Positions 51,063-63,597 of a stretch of 64,000 nucleotides of DNA are shown piece after piece (position 1 is the first letter of the stretch; each line of letters opens with the position of its first letter). The DNA is from Chiloscyllium plagiosum. Lineage: Eukaryota. Both the position numbers and the translations under genes were made by a program. Under the pieces are notes generated by a model that was not told the origin of the DNA, searched no databases, and saw only the letters and a list, made by a program, of their open reading frames with translations. The DNA is taken from positions 42,548,742-42,612,741 of the forward strand of contig NC_057719.1 of assembly GCF_004010195.1 (NCBI RefSeq), read 5' to 3'.

Positions 51063-51275
51063 TGTATAAAGTGTGGTGCTGGACAAAGTACAGCAGGTTA
51101 GGAGGATCCGACGAGCAAGAGAATTGATGTTTTGGCCATAACCTTTTATCCTGATGAAGGGTTATGCCCAAACCATCGACTTTCTTGCTCCTTGAATGCT
51201 TTGTGACCTGCTGTGCTTTTTCCAGCGCCAAACTTAATTGACTCTGCACCATCTGTAGTCCTCACTACCTCCTAG
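51063..51275. mobile_element. Older palindromic Penelope pLTR-derived element
   Basis: Inverted arms (GTGTGGTGCTGGA.../...TTTCCAGCGCCA); degenerate core CTGATGAAGGGTTATGCCCAAAC at 51151; imperfect flank repeat (ATG)GCCATTTG. Confidence 0.7.
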
Positions 51276-51859
51276 CCATGGCCATTTGCCAATATTTCCT
51301 CCTATCTTTGGCTATGCATTTCCTAAACAGTCTGTGAAATTTTAAAAACAACTTGGATACAGCAAAGCTTTATATTCTTGAAGCCAGAGTACTTTGCACC
51401 AATGTGTTAAACTATTGAGTTGATTTGACTCTACATCCCAGCACATTGCAACATGTTACATCCTGAATTATTTGAACTGGAATATTAGATGAGTTGGATT
51501 TCTGAAAAATACTCTTGTAAGTGTTACTGAGTTAGATTATCCTACAGTATTGTAGTCAAGGCCCTAATAAGTTGCTTGTTGGTTTTGGCCACTAGATTCA
51601 TGTACCATTTTGTTAACAAAGTGCAAATTTTTAAATTGAATCATTTTAGGAAAGAGGAACATTTTGAAACTGATTTCATAACTATGCAACTAAATTTCTT
51701 GTGATAAATGTCCACTTCCTTTTGACTAGACTAATTAAATCACCATTAAGAAATAGTCATGTTTGATATAGATGTAACCTGTTTTCTGACGTGCTGCTAG
51801 CTGCAACTTTTCATTGGGTTGCTGTGTTCTTGACCTTTAACAAAAAGGCAATCTGTATG

Positions 51860-51960
51860 GTTTCTGAAGAACAGTCCTACTGGATCTGAATTATTAACTC
51901 TGTTCGTCTCTCCACGGATGGTGTCGGACCCATTGGGTTTTTCCAGCATTTTCTGTGGTT
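51860..51960 (+). mobile_element. Degenerate copy of the 5.7-kb-type PLE end
   Basis: CTGAAGAACAGTCCTACTGGATCTGAATTATTAACTCTG...TTTTTCCAGCATTTTCTG. Confidence 0.55.
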
Positions 51961-52864
51961 ACTACTGGATGTTATTAGTAGTTAAGTTATGTGTATATTA
52001 TGCTTTGAATATTATTCCTAACTTTTATCATGGTTTTTTTTGTTCAGCCTTCAAAAAATTAGTATTACTTCAAACTATAAGAGTAACATTCTAGCCTTAA
52101 TTTATATATGGCTCAAACTATTACTTCTATGCAGTGTTACAGATTAGCAAAACTTGAAATACAGTATATATTTTCAATACACAAAAGGTCACGTGATTTT
52201 TGTCACTCATTCAGGCTTTCAAATCCCTACACTGTGAAAGCAGGCCATATGATTTATTGAGTCACACCAACTCACTGAAGAGCATCCTATCCACTTCTAA
52301 ATATGATTGGAATCAATTAAGTATAATATTTCAGAATTGCTGCCGAGTGCTAAAATAAGTTGGTTCTGATATAAGCTATATACCTCAGCTTGTATATTTG
52401 CATTCCATTCTTCTTGGTTCTTGGATATAACTCCCCAGTACACTCTTCTTTATTCTGCAGCTACTGGCCTTTTTTAATTCAGAAAACAATTTTCTTTCAT
52501 ATAATCCTTTTATAAATTTGCTCATTAATCTTAGAACAAAGCATTCAACTTTCCTGTAGCCGCAAGAGAATAACATCTCCAGGGTGGTGGAGAGATGCAG
52601 AAGCAAACAAGTGAACATCTTTGGTGTTTCAGAACCGTGTTCATGGTTGTCTTGGAGACAGCCATGGCAAGTGAGCACAATTTGATGGAATAGCTAAAAG
52701 ATTCTTCAGAAAGAAACCTGCAAAGATTTAGAAATGATTGAAATTGGTACATTTGAAAAGGTATTTCTCTAAATCACTTTAAAGTGTTAGGTCACCAAGT
52801 TGTGACCATTTCAGGTATATTTAGGTTGTAATCGCACTGGCCTATATTTAACATTGGTGTAATA

Positions 52865-52879
52865 CCACCACCTAGTGGT
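52865..52879 (-). promoter_or_regulatory. Candidate CTCF site
   Basis: Minus strand ACCACTAGGTGGTGG is close to the CTCF core CCASYAGRKGGCR. Confidence 0.45.
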
Positions 52880-54016
52880 AATTTTTAAATCCAACTCTTT
52901 GAATGCAACATTAAGATAAATGACTATTGTTACCTGTAACTTATTTTATTAAATTTGTATGATACATCATTGTGGTTTTAAGACTGTGTGGTATTTAAAG
53001 TCCTAGTGATGAAACATAATGCTTCTCTAAGTTAAATTACTTAGCCATGAGTTCTCAATTTCTCAATACAGCTTTTCATTTGATTTATATTTCAAGTAAA
53101 TATTATAAATGTTTGCTAAAGAAATTTGAACTTAACCTGTTCTAGTGTATTAGTACACTGGATTTTAAGCAGCAATGTGAACTAATTAAAGTCTTTTATT
53201 GATTTCAACTTTAGTGCTAATCAATCTTTTCGTATCAAAGTGGCTCAACTGAAGTGTTAATGCCAGCTTTGCCTTTTAACATTAGAATCACTGTGTTCTC
53301 AAATTGTATTTTAAATTTGCTTTCTTTCTGACTGGGAGATGCTTTCTGATTTTTATTTTGAAGAAACAACATTTTTCTGACTCAGCTCTTTCCAAAAAAC
53401 AGCAGTGCATGTTTCCATGACAACTATTAAAGTTACTGTTGACTGGGTTTCTTAGATTCTGAATGTGTAATTACTGCATGTTCTGTCAGACAAGAGGGTC
53501 CACTGGTTCTAACAGTGCCCTGTCATAGTCTCTACAGAACCCATTACGTACATTTTCTTTTGGTGTTAATAGTGATGTATGCATGAATTGTGCAACCACC
53601 AAGCAAAAAATTGAAAAACGCTCAAGAACTAACTCCCAGTAGGATAATTAGAAAAAGCCAGTCCCAAGTCATAAAATCATAGAAATAATAGCCAAAGTGG
53701 AGGCTCTTTGACCAGCCAATGCTATGCTGGTTCTCTACAAGAGCAATTTGCCTGGTCTTACTCCCCTGTTCTTTTCCTGCAGCCCTTCAGGCTTTTCTCC
53801 TCAAATGCTTGCCCAAATCCCTTTTGAAAGCTTCACATGAATTTGCCTCCACTCTCTTCGATAGTGTTTTCCATATCCTAAATACGGATGTTTTAAAATA
53901 ATGACATCTAACAAGTGCCCTTTTTCTGTTTTCTTTCACCTTCATTATGTTCTGGTTTTGTTTGCCCTACCTTTGCTTCGTGGGAATGTATCTCGACTGG
54001 ATCAGAACCATTACCG

Positions 54017-54322
54017 TGGGGCAGCACTGTGGCTCAGTGGTTAGTACTGCTGCCTCACAGCACCAAAGTCCCAGGTTCAATTCCAGCCTTGGGCGACTGT
54101 CGGTGGAGTTTGCACATTCTCCCCGTGTCTGCGTGGGTTTCCTCCGGGTTCTTCGGTTTCCTCCCACAGTCCAAAGATGTGCAGGTCGGGTGAATTGGCC
54201 ATGCTAAATTGCCCATAGTATTTGGTGCATTAATCAGAGGGGGGTGGGTTGCTCTTCAGAGGGTCGGTGTGGACTTGTTGGGACCAAGGGTCTGTTTCCA
54301 CACTGTAGGGAATCTAATCTAT
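54017..54322 (+). mobile_element. HE1-type V-SINE
   Basis: A-box, B-box GGTTCAATTCC, V-domain and (AATCT)n tail. Confidence 0.85.
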
Positions 54323-54899
54323 TATCTCTTTTTAAACTGCACTTTTTTTTGGTGGCAATATTTTTTCAATGAGAGATTTTGTGGGTGACCAAAAGCTTTG
54401 CTGCACATATGGGTTCGGAAAGCCATAAGGGAGGAGAGAGTGGTGGAGAACCTTTAGAATTCCCAGTTTGTGGCTTTAGGTCTTTGCTCGTAATAAGTAT
54501 TCCTTTAACAGACAAGCTCATACAATCATCGTATTATAATATGTGACATGAAGGCATACAAGTCTCAGGTGCATCTTAACTAGCGCCTCTTGAAGCACAA
54601 TATGCTGATGGAATGTGCTAGCTTTTGTAAACAATTAGTTTCACATTGGCCCAGACACTGAAATACCTGTGACTGCAGAATATAAATATACTGGGAGCTG
54701 TAATAAATACATTTCCCATTTATGAGCTAGATTTACTTCATGGGGGGTAATGTAAGTATTACCTTATCAGGTACAAATACCCTAAAGGAAAAAGCCCGTA
54801 ATGTGGCAAAATATAACAGCTATGGGCAGCAGTGGTCATTTATAAAAGAGTGCAAGTTCACAATGGCAGGCACATCAAAATGTTATTGAAGATTAACGA

Positions 54900-55776
54900 G
54901 GTGACAATTCTGGACTTAAAGTTTTTGAAAACTTAGCACAAATTCCTGAGTAGAGATCTGCATATTAGAAGTGGCATTTTGTTTATGAGAGTTTTGGATT
55001 TACTAAGCTGCTAGTTTGTTTTTATTTCAACTTTCTTTTTAAATAAAACTGCAGTCAAAGGCTATTCTCAGCTTAAATACAAAGCTAATCTGAATGAAAT
55101 ACCACTTTTAAAATAGTTTAGAAAACTGTTTTTTACTAAGAAAATTTATCAGTATGCAGAGGTCAGTGGGTTCAGCCATACTGTCTTCCCTTTGTTGTGA
55201 TGATGCTGCTCCTTTAACAAGGTTACATTGTCCTTGGTTGTTTTTTTCTGCAGGTCTTAAAGACACCGGTTCCAAAATACCTGGGGTTGATCTACTTGAA
55301 GAAGCTTAAGTTTAAAAAGAAACTTGTACAACAAAAGGGGATTGGCCAGTTCTCCAGCTCAGCTCGTTGGGGTTTGTTTTTATCAGTCACTGGTGAAGCT
55401 ACTAGATGCAAAGAAGCAGGTCCATGCTGATCCTCCCTCTCTCCGGCATCTCTCCTGTAAAGACCTGTGTTGGATGTTGCCTTTTGTTTTGCAAAGGGAT
55501 GTTTACAGGGATTGTCACAAGTATTTGGAACAGCATAATTGAATTGGGATAATCTGTTTGGTTTTCAGCGAAGTTAAGTTATTCTGTATTCTGTTCTCTT
55601 TTGTTTGTGTTTCATTCGGTAATCTGTAAATAAATTCTATTTTGTCTAAAGCTAAGTGGTTGGCCAGCTGCATCACTCAGAATATTCACATTACACCTGC
55701 TTAAAACAACTAGCAAAATTCAGGTCCCGGCTACTTGCTTGAAATGTTTTGACGGAGTCTGGCCGAGTCTATAACA
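54900..55776 (+). mobile_element. LTR-like repeat (solo LTR?)
   Basis: AATAAA near the 3' end and terminal ...TATAACA; 5' boundary and TSD not resolved. Confidence 0.35.
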
Positions 55777-58700
55777 TAGGCTTTCCATATCAAGACAATG
55801 TGATTTTTATCACTCCTTATTTGTCACAACTACCACACAGTGACTGTTACCTGCTGCTGCAGACCTGTTTTTCTTAAATGAGCAGACTGAAAGTGATTAT
55901 AAACAAATAAAGGAGGTCTAAGACTGAAAAATAAAGTATTTTTCTTAATTTGCTTGTTTTACAAATAAATGACAAAAAGTAGTAAAACAAATGAGCAAAC
56001 AAGCCTTGCGCTCTCAAGATCTGTTGCTTTAATAGAAGTAATGAGAAATTGAACACAAACAATAATTATGGATTGGGCAGAGAACCATGAACTTTATTGA
56101 ATTATGGTTATTTAAACATCTTTTATAAAGCTTGATTTCGCAGGTCAAGTAAGAAATACTCAGAGGAAGAGGTCTCTGAAAATCTTGCTGTTGGCAGGAA
56201 GGGTCTTGCAGAATTAAAACATCTGATCTTTCTATAGGTGATTTTAAAAAGAAAAAATTCTAGGCAAGTCTTGAAGACCAGCTCAAGGTAAGAAATAATT
56301 TCTGGATTAACAGACTTCAACTCATGTTCTGCAGAGAGAAACTCTAAGAGTTTATTGATGAACTTGTTGCAAAATGCCTTTAGCAAAGATTGTGTGATTT
56401 TACCAAAGGAAACCATTCAGAGAGGCTCATTGAATTAGTAATCACTTCTATACTAACCGAAGGGATCTTGTGGACAAAATCACTGATGGATTGCTTGAAG
56501 GTAGCATTCGTGACAAGCTGACATATTCCATGTTTCCAGTGCAATCAACACCATAGCATACAAATGCACAAAACCAATAAGATTTTTAAAAGATATCATT
56601 TGTTGCTCTTCAATATTTCCTCACATCTGTAAACTATGTGGCACCAAAGAACATTAGAACCAGACTTTTCTGCAAATACAGACCAAAGGCCAATCCAGAC
56701 CTTAGAACCAAATGCAAGATGACCGGCAAGACGATTTCACACTACAACATTGGCAGCAAGGCAAATCTTAAATTTGTGGATGTTCTTATCAATAAAGTAT
56801 TAACCACATTGTGTGGGCCTGGCATCACATGTAGACTAGGCCACGTAAGAATGGCAGTTTCCTTCCTATTATTAGAGTCTTAATTTGTTGAGTTAAATTT
56901 CCACCATCTACCAAGGCCTGATTAAAACCTGTGTTCCTGGAAGATTATTTGGGTCTCTAGATTAACAATAATACTACTAGGCCATCACCTTCCCCCTTTA
57001 ACTTTTAGTCTAAAAGTTAAACTCAACACAGAAGATAGTGCCAATATATTACCACTACACATCCATAAAAATGTACCTCAGCAAGATCGCGTCATACAGA
57101 ATTGGTGATCCATTGTAATCACACTGCAGTGCTTATATGGATGTTACCTAAAATCTGATAGTACCAACAATTACACAGATCGCAAAATGGTGACAATTCT
57201 TACGAATGAAGCCACATTGCAGGTGTGATGCAAATAATTCCATCCATGGTTTCAAACAGCTGCACCCAGGCTCCTTCAACATAACCGACAATTTTATGTG
57301 TGGTGTAATATATCTCAAGGTCAAAAGAAACACTGAATCTTTGAAGAAGATGCAGTGTACACATTTGGAAGAAACATCTCACACAACTGGGTAAGATGGA
57401 GGGCAATAGTGTGATTTGGAAGGTTAACTGTCACGTAGATTGGTGGAGCTCCATCATCTGAATCTTATAGAAAGATGTCACCCGAGAGTACATTTAGATC
57501 CAAGGCACCTTAACCTTTCATTTTTCACTTTTTACTTCAAGGTCTCCATGTAAATTATCAATGCTGGGGGAATTATATATTAAATTATCAAGAGACAGGT
57601 TTAGTTTCAAACTAGATCAAATTTTGCCACAGTCTGTCACTGAATAGCCTTAATTCAGACATCAAACTGCATGTAACTTTGTTGTATACACATATCAGGA
57701 GCTGTAATACATATCAGCTGAATACTTTTCAGTCTTACATTTCCATTTATCTCATTCTTACACTCCCCATATCTCATTCTTATATTCTGAGAACTTACAT
57801 AAGTATTGTCTTATTCAGTGCAAATATCCTGGTGGAAGCAAAAGACCACGTCACAGTAGCAGATCAGGCAGCCTTTTGATCTGAGACTGGCTGAAGAAGG
57901 GGATTGGATTGGATATTTTATGGACAGTTCCAAAAACAAAGCTCTTGTTTTTACCAATGTTTATCTGAAGGAATTTGAAGCTCATCCAAGATTGGACCTC
58001 TGACAAATAGGATGTTCAATAATGATGAAGGGAGCACCAATCCTTTGTGGAAAAATATGTAATCTTGATAGCAAATTTGGTGGGCATATACTTTAAACTG
58101 AGCTGTTACAAATATTTTTGTTCATATTTCTTCATTATCTAATGAGTATTGAAATTAACTCAATTAAATACTTTTTAAAAATGTAGTAAATCCAATGATA
58201 CATGTCCCATTTTGTACATGTTGGAAGTTCTTCAGAAATGAAAGCAATCGTAAATTTCAAGCTATTCCAATCCTACCAAAGTAAATATTTGTGACTCAGG
58301 ATTGCTGGACCATCTTTGTATATTCAACATTTTTGGACGAGGAAGGCAACAGAGATAGCCACTACACCAGGATTTTTGCATAGGCTTTTCATTCTTGCTT
58401 TATTTACAATACTGTTGGCTATTTCTCCATTTAGACAGAAGATGCATTTCCACATCTTCTCGCTTGTCCTGAAAATGCCTTTCTACTTTGTGTTGCATCC
58501 ACCCACCCAAACATCAGCCTAAAAATCCAATCGATACCAGGAGTATTCTATTTTATGTACAAGTTTCCCTTTTAAGATCCACCTTGCACGCACAAAAATT
58601 AACAGCACTTTTCAGAGCTCCTCTGAACAGAAAACAGAAACCAAATCACTTCTTCGTTCTGGAAACAGCCTCCGTCCATTTCCCTATAACCCCAAACTAA

Positions 58701-59731
58701 TACTAATTCTGTAGTTTGAGCCATTCAAATCAATTCACTTTCACTTCACCTTGTGCCTTTCCACATGCTGCTGCAACAGTAATTCGGGATAACAGGGACT
58801 CTGATCCTTTTTCTCATCCTAGAGGCAGCATCTAGTTTGGAATTTTTCTTTAGGAGATTAGAAGCTTTGCTATTTTAAGGAACACAAGCACATGTTGTGT
58901 TTGACATCGCAGTAAGTAATCAATCTAAGAAATGCAACAGCCAATTAGGTGAGAACCCACATTCTTCGTTAAATTGGAAATATCTTGGAAGTGGAAAAAA
59001 AAGAATTGGTTTCCCTGGCCTGTGCATTCTAAAATTTAATCTTTGCCTTGGGGCAAAACTGCTCACAACTATAGTCTCTTCACAGCTGCTGTCAATGCTG
59101 TTCTGCGATTGGATACAAAACACTTGTGTATTCAAGATTCTGCCAGATTTTGCTGCCCTTGAAATGCAGCCACTCCATTTCTTCAGAGTGTTCCATCTGT
59201 CAGCTCAGCTGAGACCAGGCAAACTCACCCAGTGAAGACAGATGCATTTGTATTCAACTTTGGTTCTCTGATGGAGATCCAACGTTACCAAGCTGTGCGC
59301 TTCATTAAAATTTCCAGGACATGTTTCAAATTATTTAGACAATATTTGTGATCCCAAAACTGAGTAGTCCCCGAGGGCGCAGTTCATGTCACAAGTTAGG
59401 AGATAATGCTTGCGAAGATTCACTGAAAAGCATTCTACGTAATCCACGCACCTAATAAAATTGAAAAATTTAACGTCAAATAGTTTGTATTTTTAGCAAT
59501 GTGAGCCTTTCAAAACTAAGCATTGCAGAATATATAAATAGAAGCCAGATTTAACCCAACAGCAAAGCATAGTGACTAAGGAAGAAGACTGTATTTTTAA
59601 AAATGTATTCAGGAGATGTGGGTGACCCCAGCTGGACCAGCATTTATTGTCCATCCCTTGTTGTCCCAGAGAAGGTGAAGGTGAGCTGCCTTCTCAAACT
59701 GCTGTGGTTTATTTGAGATTTTGGAGAAGGG

Positions 59732-60035
59732 GGTGGCATGGTGGCTCAGTGGTTAGCACTGCTGCCTCACAGCACTGGGAACTCTGGTTCAATTCCTGCC
59801 TCGGGTGACTGTGTGGAGTTTGTACGTTCTCCCGGTGTCTGCGTGGGTTTCCTCTGGGTGCTCCGGTTTCCTCCCACAATCCAAAGATGTGCAGGTCAGG
59901 TGAATTGGCCATGATAAGTTGTCCATAGTGTTAGTTGCATTAGTCAGAAGTAAATACAGGATAGGGGAATGGGTCTAGGTGAATTACTCTTTGGAGGGTT
60001 GGTGTGGGTCTGTTTCCACACTGTGGGGAATCTAG
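59732..60035 (+). mobile_element. HE1-type V-SINE
   Basis: Same structure as the 5128 and 54017 copies. Confidence 0.85.
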
Positions 60036-60606
60036 TCTTTATTTGATTTAGGTAGATCCACCATGCAAATAGGGAGAGAGTTCCTAGATTTTGACCCAGT
60101 GACACTGAAGGAACGGTGATGTATTTCAAAGTTAGGATGGTGTGTGACTTGAAGAGAAACTTGCAGGTTGAGCTGTTCCCATATATCTGCAGCCCTTACC
60201 CTTTTAGTTGGTAGTAGTCACAGGTTAAGAGGATCCTTGGTGAATTTTTGCAGTGCATCTTGTAGATGGTGCACACTGCTGCTACTGAACATCACTGGTA
60301 GAGGGACTGAATGCTTGTGGATGTTGTGCCAATCAAGTGGGCTGCTTTGTACTGGATAGTGTGAAGCTTCTTGATTGGTGTTGCAGCTGCATCCCATCAG
60401 ACAAGTGGGGAGTATCCCATCACACATCAGACTCACATTGTAGATGATGGACAGGCTTTGGGAAATCAGAATTCCTACTTCTGACCTGCCGTTGTATGTG
60501 TAGTATTTATATGATGAGACCAATTTACTTCTGGTCAACCGTTAACCCTGCACCCCGCCCCCAGGCCATTGAAACATGAGTGTGGGAGTGGTTCAGTGAT
60601 AGTTAT

Positions 60607-61328
60607 TGTTACATAGGGCAAACCCCTCTGCTAATTTAAATCTGCAACACAGAAATTATTTAACCCGTGCTGTAATCTGTTAAAATTCGAGAGGCAAAGA
60701 ATAATCCCAAAAGTCACTATTTAAAGTAGGAATTAACAATTTTGATTTTTTAAAGTCAAACAGAGAATAATTAATTAATAATTATTTACAACTCATTTGT
60801 CTAAACCTATCTTTTACCTTCCCCTCTACAATACTGGTCCAATAAAACCCCGGATTAAGACTTACAGAAAAATTCAAATTTCAAAACCAGTCAGCTGTCG
60901 AATCTTCTCTTGGTATCTTCCTTTATAGATTTGCTCTCCAGATTGGTGTTAATCTTTTTTCCAGTGCAGAGTCCTTCTCCAGGCAGGTACCTTTCAGAGA
61001 GTTCTCACTAGCAGCCTGCATCTGTTGGTCTTTTGGCAGGTCTCCCCCAACTGTTCAATTTATCCCGGTCTTATACCCCCAAAGCATTGAATTGTTTCAT
61101 TAGTTTTAATATTGTCAAAATACTAAATTCAAACTTGATTAGAGGTTAGTATCTTGGGGCATAATTTAAGGTGATTGGCCGAGTTTGAATTTGTTTTTTT
61201 GTTTCAGAGCAACCCAGGTACTGCTAGCTGCTGCATCAAATGTTACATTGTAAATTCTTCAGCACTTTGCGTGCTTGCTAAGTCCTTCAACTCTCTAAAG
61301 GTACAGTACCCCTTACACCTTCATAACA
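60607..61328. mobile_element. Solo LTR with 4-bp TSD
   Basis: TGTTA...TAACA termini flanked by TTAT at 60603-60606 and 61329-61332. Confidence 0.75.
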
Positions 61329-61484
61329 TTATATTCTCTTTTTGTTGGAGATGGTTATTTGTGTGCTGTGAATGTTACTTGCCACTTGTCAGCCCAAATT
61401 TGGAATTGCTGCATTGGACATGCATTATTTCAGTAAGGAGTCACATTTATTTAATTTGGGCATCGCTGGCTGGTCAGCATTTCT

Positions 61485-61737
61485 GAGGAGAAAGTGAGGA
61501 CTGCAGATGCTGGAGACAAGAGTTGAAAAGTGTGGTGCTGGAAAAACACAGCAGGTCAGGCAGCATCCGAGGAGCAGGAGAATCAACGTTTTGGGCATAA
61601 GCCCTTCTTCAGGAATGAGGTTGATTCCTCATTCCTGCCTCATTCCTGAAGAAGGGCTTATGCCAAAAACGTCGATTCTCCTCCTCCTCGGATGCTGCCT
61701 GGCCTGCTGTGTTTTTCCAGCACCACACTTTTCAACT
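61485..61737. mobile_element. Palindromic Penelope pLTR-derived insertion with 15-bp TSD
   Basis: Inverted arms of about 100 bp (61519-61620 / 61638-61738); CTGGTCAGCATTTCT at 61470-61484 and 61738-61752. Confidence 0.88.
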
Positions 61738-62545
61738 CTGGTCAGCATTTCTTGCCCATCCTGAGCTACCCTTGAACTATATGGCTTACTAAGCCATTTA
61801 AGAGGCGAACTGAGAGTCAACTACATTACTGTGTGTTTGGAGTCACATGTAGGCCTGATTAGGCAAGGATGGCAGATTTCCTTCTTTGGAGGACATTAGT
61901 GAGTCAAATAGGTTTTTCTGACAATCAGCAATGGTTTCTTGGTCTTCAGTAGCTTATTAATTCCAGATTTTTCTTTTATTGAATTCAAATTCCACCATCT
62001 CCTGTGGCAGGATTCAAACCTGGGTCCCCAGAACATTAAATGGGTTTCTGGATTAATAGCCTAATGATAATACCTCTCGACCATTTCCTCCCCTCACGTT
62101 AATGTTGAACATTTATACAATCATCAGCAAACATCCCCAATATGACCCTATAATGGAGGGAAGATCTTTAATTAAGCAGTTGAAGATAATTGGGCCTAGG
62201 ATACTACCCTGAGGTACTCCTGCAGAGAAATTCTGAAGCTGAGACCTGAGGCTTTTATTCCCAGTTCTCTGGTCCATTGGGTTTACTATGGATACCATGC
62301 AGTTCTACCAACAGGATACACCCAATCTTCTTTATTAAAGCAAAGTACACTAGAAAATTACTGTGAAACACCTTACCCATGCAATGCTTACTAATCAAAA
62401 GTGAACCCATTTTGTGAGCTTGAACTGAGAATCAGACCAAAAGAGTGATAAGCCCATTCCGTCTCAACTTCCAGCTACTGATCAGACAACCTCGTGAGCT
62501 ATCTAACTATATCTTGAGAAAAATCTTCTTATACTCTTTTGGCAG

Positions 62546-63597
62546 GTCCGTGTTGATTTGGTCGCCCGAGATAGAAATTTTCTGTGGGAGTCGGTCGGTT
62601 TATAGTAGACTACCTAGACTACACCTCCTCCCATCCTGCCCCCTGTAAAAACGCCATCCCATATTCCTAATTCCTTCGCCTTCGCCGCAACTGCTCCCAG
62701 GAGGACCAATTCCAATACTGAACAACCCAGATGGCCTCCTTCTTCAAAGACCGCAATTTCCCCTCAGACGTGATCGACGATGCTCTCCACCGCATCTTCT
62801 CCACTTCCCGCTCCTCCGCCCTTGAGCCCTGCCCCTCCAATCGCCACCAGGACAGAACCCCACTGGTCCTCACCTACCACCCCACCAACCTCCATATACA
62901 TCATATCATCCATCGTCATTTCCGCCACCTCCAAACGGACCCNNNNNNNNNNNNNNNNNNNNNNNNNNNNNNNNNNNNNNNNNNNNNNNNNNNNNNNNNN
63001 NNNNNNNNNNNNNNNNNNNNNNNNNNNNNNNNNNNNNNNNNNNNNNNNNNNNNNNNNNNNNNNNNNNNNNNNNNNNNNNNNNNNNNNNNNNNNNNNNNNN
63101 NNNNNNNNNNNNNNNNNNNNNNNNNNNNNNNNNNNNNNNNNNNNNNNNNNNNNNNNNNNNNNNNNNNNNNNNNNNNNNNNNNNNNNNNNNNNNNNNNNNN
63201 NNNNNNNNNNNNNNNNNNNNNNNNNNNNNNNNNNNNNNNNNNNNNNNNNNNNNNNNNNNNNNNNNNNNNNNNNNNNNNNNNNNNNNNNNNNNNNNNNNNN
63301 NNNNNNNNNNNNNNNNNNNNNNNNNNNNNNNNNNNNNNNNNNNNNNNNNNNNNNNNNNNNNNNNNNNNNNNNNNNNNNNNNNNNNNNNNNNNNNNNNNNN
63401 NNNNNNNNNNNNNNNNNTCCTTCCACCTATCACATTTCCAACGCCCCTCCCCCAAGTCCCTCCTCCCTACTTTTTATCTTAGCCTGCTTGGCACACTCTC
63501 CTCATTCCTGAAGAAGGGCTCATGCCCGAAACGTCGATTCTCCTGCTCCTTGGATGCTCCCTGACCTGCTGCGCTTTTCCAGTAACACATTTTCAGT
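62546..63597 (+). mobile_element. 5'-truncated Penelope-like element with a small inverted 5' piece and a 3' pLTR
   Basis: YLDYTSSHP..CKNAIPYS.FLRLRR...FFKDRNFP...PLVLTYHP; intact core CTGAAGAAGGGCTCATGCCCGAAACGTC at 63508-63535. Confidence 0.85.
62943..63417. other. Assembly gap (N run)
   Basis: Run of n characters. Confidence 1.

Noticed and set aside
58300..59500. Possible exons of a downstream gene such as CEP170B
   Set aside because: No recognisable peptide or convincing splice-bounded ORF.
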